Virus genome (UHGV): UHGV-1546770
Origin: a virus
Length of the DNA: 31,581 bases
Direction: 5' to 3' (one strand)
The notes under the pieces were generated by a model. That model was not told where the DNA came from. It did no database searches and saw only the letters and a list, made by a program, of their open reading frames with translations. How positions within the stretch are numbered: the first letter of the stretch is position 1; every line of letters begins with the position of its first letter. Both the position numbers and the translations under genes were made by a program. Below, in pieces: positions 24,522-31,581 of the stretch.

Positions 24522-24980
24522 TTATTTCCTCCTTTTAATATCGTACTCATCAAGTACATCAACACATTCATCGTAGCCATCAGTGCATTCACACTTCTCA
24601 AGCTGTATCTTCCAGCATGCAACTTCGTAGGGAGTGTTCTCAAAGAACTCATCAATGAACTCCTCTGCTTCACTTACAACTTCGTCAAATTTATCCTGTG
24701 CTTCATCTTTGTCGTCGAAGTCTCCGAAGCTGCGTTCATAATCGGTGATACGACCGTTAGTATCATAGCCAAGTCCACAGACGAAATAACGGATTTCCGT
24801 TTCTTCTTCCTCCTCGTCATCAAAAATATCATATCCTTCTCTTTCTGCCCATTCTCTTACTTTGTCATCGCTCATCCAACCAAGAAGTGACTTTGCAATG
24901 TCTTCCCAGTTAACGCATATTTCCTCGAAGTAATTAATGAGTGCAGTTTCGTTAGGTCTTGCGTTTGCGTAACTAAACAT
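24522..24980 (-). CDS. hypothetical highly acidic protein (152 aa)
   Basis: Long Asp/Glu runs (DIFDDEEEEETEIRYF, FGDFDDKDEAQDKFDEV, VDVLDEYD). Confidence 0.55.
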   Translation of the reverse strand: MFSYANARPNETALINYFEEICVNWEDIAKSLLGWMSDDKVREWAEREGYDIFDDEEEEETEIRYFVCGLGYDTNGRITDYERSFGDFDDKDEAQDKFDEVVSEAEEFIDEFFENTPYEVACWKIQLEKCECTDGYDECVDVLDEYDIKRRK

Positions 24981-25127
24981 ATTTGTTCTTCCCTTTAATT
25001 ATTATTTAAGTTCTAAAACCAAAAGCTTCATCTACTCAGACAAACCGCCATCTGATTAAACTCTTTCATTTTATCTTTAGTGATTAAAAGGATGTCTTCA
25101 CTTTCACACATAATAACCTCATATTTT

Positions 25128-25292
25128 TCAACAATCAGTCGGTTCAATCACAATATCGAAATTTTCAAATTTACCTTCTTCGTCAATGCGGTCAATTTCC
25201 TCACTAAGATACTGTAGAAATTCTTCTTTGCTTTCACAAATGATACCAGAAGCATTTGCCTGACCAATGTAGAATGACTTGATATTTTTCAT
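25128..25292 (-). CDS. small hypothetical protein (~54 aa), below the ORF-track cutoff
   Basis: ATG preceded by GAGGAGAAATAAGAA; reads MKNIKSFYIGQANASGIICESKEEF...; coordinates hand-counted. Confidence 0.3.
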   Translation of the reverse strand: MKNIKSFYIGQANASGIICESKEEFLQYLSEEIDRIDEEGKFENFDIVIEPTDC

Positions 25293-25295
25293 TTC

Positions 25296-25622
25296 TTATT
25301 TCTCCTCAATAATAACTATATATTCGTTTCCGTTATCCTCAAAACCATACTCTCCATTAAGTGTATCTGCACAATCAAGTACACATACTTCGTATCCATC
25401 TTTGTTAAAAAGTACGGGATCACAGAAGAAATTGTTTTGTCCACTACAAATTTTAATATCTGCAAAATGTCCATCTGCAAACTGTGCTGTAAAACACTCG
25501 ATAGTGGAGTCTTCGTCATACCCAGCATTGATGACACCATCGTCTTCGGACGGCATATCAAGCAAAATATTATATTTGTCAATTTCATTTTTGTCGATCT
25601 TAATGGTTGAAATGAATTTCAT
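25296..25622 (-). CDS. hypothetical protein (108 aa)
   Basis: Intact ORF; translation checked by hand against the supplied track. Confidence 0.55.
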   Translation of the reverse strand: MKFISTIKIDKNEIDKYNILLDMPSEDDGVINAGYDEDSTIECFTAQFADGHFADIKICSGQNNFFCDPVLFNKDGYEVCVLDCADTLNGEYGFEDNGNEYIVIIEEK

Positions 25623-25668
25623 TTTTATTCCTCTTTAATTTCTTTTACATTAAAGCCGTTATGACAAT

Positions 25669-25806
25669 TTAGATTTTTACCAGCGTGTCGGCAAGCTGGA
25701 TAGCAATACCTAAGATTGTTAAAATGAGAACAATAATCCCGTCTTTCCTGTCGTCATCTCCGAATAGCAGTACACAAGCAATGATGATAAGCAAAATAGC
25801 AATCAT
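25669..25806 (-). CDS. small single-pass membrane peptide (~45 aa; start trimmed from track ORF 25669-25893)
   Basis: Internal ATG preceded by GGAG; sequence MIAILLIIIACVLLFG...ILTILGIAIQLADTLVKI is almost entirely hydrophobic. Confidence 0.45.
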   Translation of the reverse strand: MIAILLIIIACVLLFGDDDRKDGIIVLILTILGIAIQLADTLVKI

Positions 25807-25951
25807 TTGTTTTACTCCATATACTTTTGTATTGTTTATTGTTTTTGTATTAATTTTCCATGTTATATTCGCATTTTTTGATAGTGGCTTCATTTACATT
25901 GCAAACTATACTGCTCAAAATTGAAATTATATTTTGCGTTCTATATACGCA

Positions 25952-26095
25952 TTAAATGATGCCACATGAACTTGCAATCATTGCAATAATTGCAAGGAAC
26001 AAGATGCCTCCGAGCAAGCTCCCGATACCAGATTTGGTAGCATCTTTTCCAAAAAGCAGTACACAAACAATAATGATTAGCAGAATAACAATCAT
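25952..26095 (-). CDS. small membrane peptide (~47 aa), paralog of 25669-25806; below the ORF-track cutoff
   Basis: GGAGGTAAAATCA before the ATG; MIVILLIIIVCVLLFGKDATKSG... resembles the neighbouring peptide; coordinates hand-counted. Confidence 0.4.
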   Translation of the reverse strand: MIVILLIIIVCVLLFGKDATKSGIGSLLGGILFLAIIAMIASSCGII

Positions 26096-26116
26096 TGATT
26101 TTACCTCCTTTTTTTA

Positions 26117-27067
26117 TTAATAATACTTGTATGCATCTTTGTCAACATTTACGTCAGTGATATCTCCATATGTGATATCAGAATGTGCCATCAAGAATCT
26201 ACCAATTGCCTCTTCCATTGAATATGCGTCCGTGTCGTACCACTCTGTGTTTCCGTTAGTGTTAACATACTCAATCAGATAATAGCCATAATTGTATTCT
26301 GGCTCATCACGATTATTGTCTTCAAGATATCTGTCAATGTCAAACAGAGAATCATATCGCACAGGTGCTTCCACATAATCGAATTTGTCATTCTCCGTTG
26401 TGCGCTCAAGGATTTTACATGCCTCCTTAATGCTTCTTTCCATTTCAGAAAGAATGACATATTCACTTTTTGTATGTGCTTTGTAATAACCACAAGAAAG
26501 ATTCACTGCTGCACAACCAAGAGCGGGAGCGATTTCACAGATATCAGAATAAGATCCATACGCTGTTTTATAAAATTCCTTTGTAATAAAGTCCTCGAAC
26601 TCATCATTTGCACAGGAATAAAACACTGCATCATTTGCGTTGGCACGATCAAATTCAATGATGTAATTGAACTCAAGATTTCTTGCCAGCTCAGAGTCTG
26701 CAAACTTACTTGAGCCTACGCAACCAACCTCTTCGTCCTCGCAGAACAGAACAGAGCAGTTAAACTTTTCAAGAATCTTGAAAATCATATAGACACCGCA
26801 TCTATCGTCGCCTCCGATTCCGTTAGGGCTTGAAACTTTATTGTTCTTTTTACTATACATGAACATATTAGGAAGCTTTTCATGCACAGTATCAAGATGT
26901 GCAACCAGCAGCACAGGAAATTTCCCTTGTGCATATACATACCCATCTCTGTTAAGAACTGTTCCATGAGTCTTTTGCAGCTTCTGTCTAACATGATTCT
27001 TTAGACTTGCTTGAGACATCTTGCAAATTTTTTCAAACTCTTTATTCATAATTGATTTTACCTCCAT
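26117..27067 (-). CDS. putative co-catalytic zinc metallopeptidase-like protein (316 aa)
   Basis: Ordered motifs VLLVAHLDTVHE, GIGGDDRCGV and FCEDEEVGCVGS resemble the His/Asp, Asp-Asp and Glu-Glu metal-ligand blocks of M20/M28/M42-type enzymes; assignment from motif memory only. Confidence 0.45.
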   Translation of the reverse strand: MEVKSIMNKEFEKICKMSQASLKNHVRQKLQKTHGTVLNRDGYVYAQGKFPVLLVAHLDTVHEKLPNMFMYSKKNNKVSSPNGIGGDDRCGVYMIFKILEKFNCSVLFCEDEEVGCVGSSKFADSELARNLEFNYIIEFDRANANDAVFYSCANDEFEDFITKEFYKTAYGSYSDICEIAPALGCAAVNLSCGYYKAHTKSEYVILSEMERSIKEACKILERTTENDKFDYVEAPVRYDSLFDIDRYLEDNNRDEPEYNYGYYLIEYVNTNGNTEWYDTDAYSMEEAIGRFLMAHSDITYGDITDVNVDKDAYKYY

Positions 27068-28869
27068 TAAACCGCTTCATCAATGTCTGTTTCATTCTCA
27101 AGAATTTCTCTCAGGCAATCTTCGCAGTACATCTTTCCTTTGTGTTCTCTCAAATTGTTGTTTCTAAAACATTCTCCACACTCTTCACAGCAACTATAAT
27201 AATAATCACAACAATCGTCGCACACATATTCATCCTGAGATTCAATATAGTTCATACACTCTCTTGGATAATATTCTCCACATTCCGCGCAATACTCATA
27301 ATATTCGTCTCTGCAATTTTCACAGACACAAATTTCATAGCCTCTTGAATTATGAACATATGTCCCTTCGCCAACGTAATATTCATCACAGTCATTGCAA
27401 TGGAAAACACAATCTCCACAATAAGGCTCTCCGTCAATATAGATGGCATCATCTTCATCGACATATTCGCCGCATGCAGCACATTTAACTCCGTGATGAC
27501 AGCAAGAAATATTGTCGTCGCAATCATGCTCATAACCACATTCGATGCAAATTGGTGTATGTCCAACAGTAATGCAATTCTCGTTGTCGTTTCCTTTAGG
27601 ACGGCTAAGAGTGCAATTTCCAAAGTTGTCGTAATCTCTATAATGAGTACCTTCAGACTCAATATATCTGCCTGCTTCGCTAGTTCCCTTACTCACAGTC
27701 CAGAAGTTCGGGAAATCAAAAATTTCAGACATGATTTTCTGAACAATTGCTCTGAAAGCGGTGTAGCCGGTGCTGCATCCATCATTGTCTTGCGGATAAA
27801 GTCTGCCCTGAATCAGTTTGTCTTCTCCCCAGTGATACATCTGACGGTTAATCTTTGGCTCATTCCAGAAATCGTTTCCATCATAAGATGCATCCACAGT
27901 GTAAAACACCATAGAAGGAGAATCGAGCATATAACTAATAGTACCAGAAGAATACATTCCCTGATAACTATTAGGCATGCCTCTTTTGTTTTGCTTATCA
28001 ATTGTATGACAGCTCGCCCAGCTATTGCCAAAGCTCATTGTGAGATAATCAAGAGGATTCACAGAAAGAATAGTATGCCTTGTAATCTTGAGCGGATTGA
28101 GCGCGTCAGCATACTTTGCGAATTCCCTATTGTACTCAGGATGCTTGCTAATACCAATGTAAGCAAGAAGCTTATTGATAACACGACTCGTCTTCTGCCC
28201 GTCATGTGCATGAATTTCAGGACAAATTCTGTTTAGCTCATCAGCAAGTTCGCTATCAATATACTGAGAAGTATAGGCTGGAATTCTAATCAAGAAAGCA
28301 AAGATATTTGTTGGGTATTTCTGTCCATTCAGTGAAGTTTCTTTCTTCATGCTTTCGGGCATAAAATTATTTTCTTTTACATATTCGACCACATCACCAT
28401 CAATCACCCATGACTTGAATCTCTCCAATGCATTACGATCAGTTACACGTTCAAAATCATGGCTAAATACAATCATGAATTTGCCTTCCAGATAGTTCGG
28501 ATGCTTCTTAAATGCGGCAATCAGGTCTTTCTTGTTATTCGCCCATGTGTCAATGATTTTGTTCAGTGCCCTGTCCGTATATTCATAGTCATATTCATCA
28601 AGCAAGTTTTCCATCTGGTCAAGAAGAATTTCTCTTTCTTCTTCAGTGATAATATTACTTACATCCATTTTACTTTCTCCTTCCTTTTCATCAAGCAAAT
28701 CAAAGTATTGCGCATCTACCCAATAGCCTTCGCCGTTTATGTTTTTAACAAAAATGTTGTCGTCAGTATATTTACTAATCTCTACAACACGCCCTCTCCA
28801 ACCGTTTGTTGTGATGCCATAAGGAGCACCACGCTGTGCAATTACTCTATCACCAAGTTTAAATTTCAT
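27067..28869 (-). CDS. large hypothetical protein (600 aa) with C-terminal tandem zinc-ribbon array
   Basis: Longest ORF in the window; C-terminal ~150 aa contain at least 8 CxxC pairs in repeated units (CAACGEYV, CNDCDEYY, CENCRDEYY, CAECGEYY, CEECGEC); plus-strand ORF 27352-28236 is its shadow. Confidence 0.65.
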   Translation of the reverse strand: MKFKLGDRVIAQRGAPYGITTNGWRGRVVEISKYTDDNIFVKNINGEGYWVDAQYFDLLDEKEGESKMDVSNIITEEEREILLDQMENLLDEYDYEYTDRALNKIIDTWANNKKDLIAAFKKHPNYLEGKFMIVFSHDFERVTDRNALERFKSWVIDGDVVEYVKENNFMPESMKKETSLNGQKYPTNIFAFLIRIPAYTSQYIDSELADELNRICPEIHAHDGQKTSRVINKLLAYIGISKHPEYNREFAKYADALNPLKITRHTILSVNPLDYLTMSFGNSWASCHTIDKQNKRGMPNSYQGMYSSGTISYMLDSPSMVFYTVDASYDGNDFWNEPKINRQMYHWGEDKLIQGRLYPQDNDGCSTGYTAFRAIVQKIMSEIFDFPNFWTVSKGTSEAGRYIESEGTHYRDYDNFGNCTLSRPKGNDNENCITVGHTPICIECGYEHDCDDNISCCHHGVKCAACGEYVDEDDAIYIDGEPYCGDCVFHCNDCDEYYVGEGTYVHNSRGYEICVCENCRDEYYEYCAECGEYYPRECMNYIESQDEYVCDDCCDYYYSCCEECGECFRNNNLREHKGKMYCEDCLREILENETDIDEAV

Positions 28870-28884
28870 TTTCTATTTCCTCCT

Positions 28885-29343
28885 TTATCCGACCAATGCA
28901 CTGTAGCATCTGTCAAATCTTTCTTTATAGCTGTTAAGCTCTTCCTGAAGCTCTCTGTTCTTGAACTGAAGCATAGTCTTTTCCGTTTCAAGCTCGTCAT
29001 TTCTCATCATGGCAGCATCGTAATCTTCTCTTGACACACCGTTCCGTTTCATTTCAATGATACTTGCGGAAATAGCGGCTACATTATAGCCCATTTCAGA
29101 AATGTAACAGAACTGCTTTCCATTTCCTGTGTGATTATGTGAAGTGCCACCACAAGTTTTCTGTCTTCCAGCAATCTGATTAAGAAGGGACGAATAACTA
29201 ATGCCATAACAATTAGCCGCATCACGTGCCGACTTGAACACCTCACCAGTCGTGATGCACATGACCGCTTTTCCTTTGTGGATGTCTTTGTTTTCTGGGA
29301 TGATGTCGTACTTTGCGCGGCTAACAATAACGTTCTTTTTCAT
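28885..29343 (-). CDS. NUMOD1-like HTH DNA-binding protein with C-terminal coiled coil (152 aa)
   Basis: KAVMCITTGEVFKSARDAANCYGISYSSLLNQIAGRQKTCGG resembles the NUMOD1 module of homing endonucleases; no nuclease motif seen. Confidence 0.45.
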   Translation of the reverse strand: MKKNVIVSRAKYDIIPENKDIHKGKAVMCITTGEVFKSARDAANCYGISYSSLLNQIAGRQKTCGGTSHNHTGNGKQFCYISEMGYNVAAISASIIEMKRNGVSREDYDAAMMRNDELETEKTMLQFKNRELQEELNSYKERFDRCYSALVG

Positions 29344-29397
29344 GATGTAAATTCCCTTTCTGCCTTATAAGGCTATAATTTTGTGATGTATTCCTCT

Positions 29398-29643
29398 TTA
29401 AACTTCTTCAAATTCCTCGCAATCAGTAACTTCAATAGGAGTTACATCTTGCATATAATACTTTGAGTCGCCACAGTTGCAATAATAATGCTTTATCGCA
29501 TCCGTGTCCTTATTCTTGTTTGCCTCGTAAAAGGTCTCTCCAAAGCTCTTGCAGTCACCAAGATAACCACAATCTACACACTTTAAGCTCATTTTTCTTA
29601 CTCCTCCACTTGTTCTATGATGTTGAGTTGTTTGAAAATGCAC
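29398..29643 (-). CDS. hypothetical zinc-ribbon protein (81 aa)
   Basis: CVDCGYLGDC...CNCGD motifs. Confidence 0.5.
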   Translation of the reverse strand: MHFQTTQHHRTSGGVRKMSLKCVDCGYLGDCKSFGETFYEANKNKDTDAIKHYYCNCGDSKYYMQDVTPIEVTDCEEFEEV

Positions 29644-29783
29644 TCCAAATCTGCCTTTGGATATGTGTCTTTATACCAATACACAGCGCCTCGCTGCAAG
29701 TAGTAAGTCAAGGCACAGTTGATTAGCTGCGCCTCGTCTTTGTTAATGTTGAGCTCCATTTGCCTTACCTCACTCTTACACAA
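29598..29783 (-). CDS. hypothetical protein (61 aa)
   Basis: Intact ORF; overlaps the downstream gene by about 46 nt so the start is uncertain. Confidence 0.4.
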   Translation of the reverse strand: MCKSEVRQMELNINKDEAQLINCALTYYLQRGAVYWYKDTYPKADLECIFKQLNIIEQVEE

Positions 29784-29956
29784 AGTTCGTCATCATAGAA
29801 GCCGAAGGCAACAACCTCCTTTTCATAGACATTTTTATAAGACAAAGCAACCTCAACTTTGTCTCTAACAATCGGTTTAAGATTGTCGTCATTTACAACC
29901 AGAATGCCATTCCAATTGTCATAGAGATCCACAAAGTCACACAGTTTCATTTGCAT
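29765..29956 (-). CDS. hypothetical protein (63 aa)
   Basis: Intact ORF in series. Confidence 0.45.
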   Translation of the reverse strand: MQMKLCDFVDLYDNWNGILVVNDDNLKPIVRDKVEVALSYKNVYEKEVVAFGFYDDELCVRVR

Positions 29957-30240
29957 TACCTCGCTATTACATATTTTTCAAAGGGAAATTTTGCTCTATC
30001 ATCACACATGATGGTATAAGCGTTGATGCCTTTCAGATAAGGTTCTCTTTCTTTGACATCATCCCAATGGATGGTTTCCGTTCCGCCAAAAGCAAAAGCA
30101 AGTTCTGCCATAGGTTTATATCCATCTTTAAGATAGATATGAACCGCAATTATAGCACCATGTGTCATAGGATTATAGATTTCTCTTGTAGCGTTACAGT
30201 CCGTAAGGAACTGTTTCGCTTGGGCTTCATACTCAGTCAT
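29956..30240 (-). CDS. hypothetical protein (94 aa)
   Basis: Intact ORF in series. Confidence 0.5.
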   Translation of the reverse strand: MTEYEAQAKQFLTDCNATREIYNPMTHGAIIAVHIYLKDGYKPMAELAFAFGGTETIHWDDVKEREPYLKGINAYTIMCDDRAKFPFEKYVIAR

Positions 30241-30489
30241 TTATAATACCTCCATTTCCCTTAATACCGCTTTTGCGGCAGTAGTGATGTGGTCATCGTG
30301 ACAGTTGTATTTATCAAACCAGTCACAAACAGTTTCGATTGGGATAGTTGCACGAATGCAGTCCCATGCAAGTCTTGTGCCGAAGTCTTTGTAGTTGCCA
30401 GTTGCCTTGAGCTTTTCAGCATACTCAGGCAAGTTAGTGATCTTGCTGAAGCTTTCCCTTATGAAAGGGATTTCGTTTTTGAGTTTCAT
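30241..30489 (-). CDS. hypothetical protein (82 aa)
   Basis: AAGGAGGG RBS; immediately downstream of palindromic repeat copy 1. Confidence 0.5.
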   Translation of the reverse strand: MKLKNEIPFIRESFSKITNLPEYAEKLKATGNYKDFGTRLAWDCIRATIPIETVCDWFDKYNCHDDHITTAAKAVLREMEVL

Positions 30490-30496
30490 TTATTTC

Positions 30497-30575
30497 CCTC
30501 CTTTGTCATTTTGGCAAAGCCCTTAATGATACCCACGATAGATTCTAATCGTGGGCATGATAAAGGTTTCGCTTA
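30497..30575. repeat. palindrome-containing repeat element, copy 1
   Basis: gcaaagccc-taat-at ACCCACGAT n8 ATCGTGGGCAT ...aggtttcg; shares conserved flanks and an 8-9 bp inverted repeat with copy 2. Confidence 0.5.
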
Positions 30576-30770
30576 TTCAGTTCTCCATTCACCAACGAGA
30601 TTTCCGTTGCTATCAAAGAGGAATCCATTGCGATATCCGCATGTGATTTTGGCAGGGATTGTGCGCAAGATTTTTTCCAGTTCATTTGCGAGTGCATAGT
30701 TGTCCATGAATGCATCTTTGCTTTCGCTTTTGAATGCATCATTGCTGGTGTAGATTTTTACTTCAAACAT
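30573..30770 (-). CDS. hypothetical protein (65 aa)
   Basis: Protein-like composition; preferred over overlapping ORF 30545-30742. Confidence 0.45.
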   Translation of the reverse strand: MFEVKIYTSNDAFKSESKDAFMDNYALANELEKILRTIPAKITCGYRNGFLFDSNGNLVGEWRTE

Positions 30771-30773
30771 TAT

Positions 30774-30953
30774 TTACTTTCCCTTCTTTTCCATTTCTAC
30801 TGCAATATATGACATTGCAATTGCGTTGGACAGTGAAATGATGATACCGAGAACTGCGAAGAATGGAGTGATTGTTGCGCATCTCCATGCAAGCACCAAT
30901 GTCAGAGATACGGCGGCACTCAGTGCAGCCATGCAAATGCAGATATTTTTCAT
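30774..30953 (-). CDS. small membrane protein (~59 aa; start trimmed from track ORF 30774-30995)
   Basis: Internal ATG preceded by AAAAGGAGAAGGCAAA; two hydrophobic segments. Confidence 0.45.
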   Translation of the reverse strand: MKNICICMAALSAAVSLTLVLAWRCATITPFFAVLGIIISLSNAIAMSYIAVEMEKKGK

Positions 30954-30972
30954 TTTGCCTTCTCCTTTTCGC

Positions 30973-31125
30973 TTACTTGTCGAGCCAATTAGCAATCAAG
31001 CTATGGCAAATATTGTCCATCTGGATTTCGCTTGTGCAGCGTTTCAGTTTTGCCTTTGTTCGTTCCGTAACAGGAACCCCAAAATCTTCAAGCAGTTTCA
31101 GTTTCTCTTTGTAATAGGCTTTCAT
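30973..31125 (-). CDS. hypothetical protein (~50 aa; start trimmed from track ORF 30973-31176)
   Basis: Internal ATG preceded by AAGGAG; downstream of palindromic repeat copy 2. Confidence 0.4.
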   Translation of the reverse strand: MKAYYKEKLKLLEDFGVPVTERTKAKLKRCTSEIQMDNICHSLIANWLDK

Positions 31126-31149
31126 TATGTGAAACTCCTTTCTCTTGAT

Positions 31150-31230
31150 GTGTGCAAAGCCCATAATAATACCCACGAGTTTTCGCTCGTGGGCATTGGT
31201 TATAGGTTTCGATTACCGGAACATCCCAAT
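31150..31230. repeat. palindrome-containing repeat element, copy 2
   Basis: gcaaagcccataataat ACCCACGAG n6 CTCGTGGGCAT ...aggtttcg; followed on the minus strand by TATTAT and an RBS. Confidence 0.5.
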
Positions 31231-31581
31231 TCCGTACTTTTCAGTCAGTCCCGCTTTTCGCTGTAGCTTGCCCTTTACGCTCAACTGACACGGTTTTCAA
31301 TGGACTTTCGTCCCCACTTGCTATGACTAGAACCATCTTATGGGCAATAATCTTAATCAAAAAACACTCGCAAGTGCTCACTTCTAGCATTTTGCCCATA
31401 AAGCGAATATGTTTGTTGCACATATTCAAGCCCTAAGAGTCTAAGCCACTCTCACTCTTTGCTCTGTTGATATTCTTCCACCGTCAACAGTCGGAGACTC
31501 GGACTAATGCGGCAACTTGGTTCAGTGTGTTCACACCTATCCACTCACGCCACGTGGAGGCGTTGCCATGTGAGCGCGGGG

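Noticed and set aside
1772-31125. Stop-codon recoding (alternative genetic code)
   Set aside because: Although the array includes unusual tRNAs, the coding strand reads as long uninterrupted ORFs with RBS-preceded starts under the standard code, and no CUA, UCA or UUA suppressor anticodon was found.
1-31581. CRISPR array
   Set aside because: No series of regularly spaced identical direct repeats was seen anywhere; the only repeats are promoter units, the 18-bp leader motif and the two palindromic elements.

Overview
AT-rich, phage-like window read by eye (no tools run). Every convincing protein-coding gene lies on the minus strand in a tightly packed, co-directional series (about 1.77-31.1 kb) of mostly small proteins, many with CxxC zinc-ribbon motifs; no capsid, terminase, portal or tail genes were recognised. 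Recognisable products: DnaB-like helicase, P-loop ATPase (Sak4/AAA_24-like), GIY-YIG homing endonuclease with NUMOD repeats, SSB-like protein with acidic tail, tyrosine recombinase, small SAM-dependent methyltransferase, DUF932/TIGR03299-like protein, a metallopeptidase-like protein and a 600-aa multi-zinc-ribbon protein. The left 1.3 kb is a GC-richer array of at least 8 minus-strand tRNA or tRNA-like genes, several with non-canonical features in hand folding. Intergenic regions carry six exact-consensus sigma70 promoters (TTGACA-N17-TATAAT), a recurrent ~18-bp upstream motif, hairpin terminators and a duplicated palindromic element near the right end. CDS coordinates follow the supplied ORF track; coordinates of RNAs, promoters, terminators and sub-60-aa ORFs were counted by hand and may be off by 1-2 nt.
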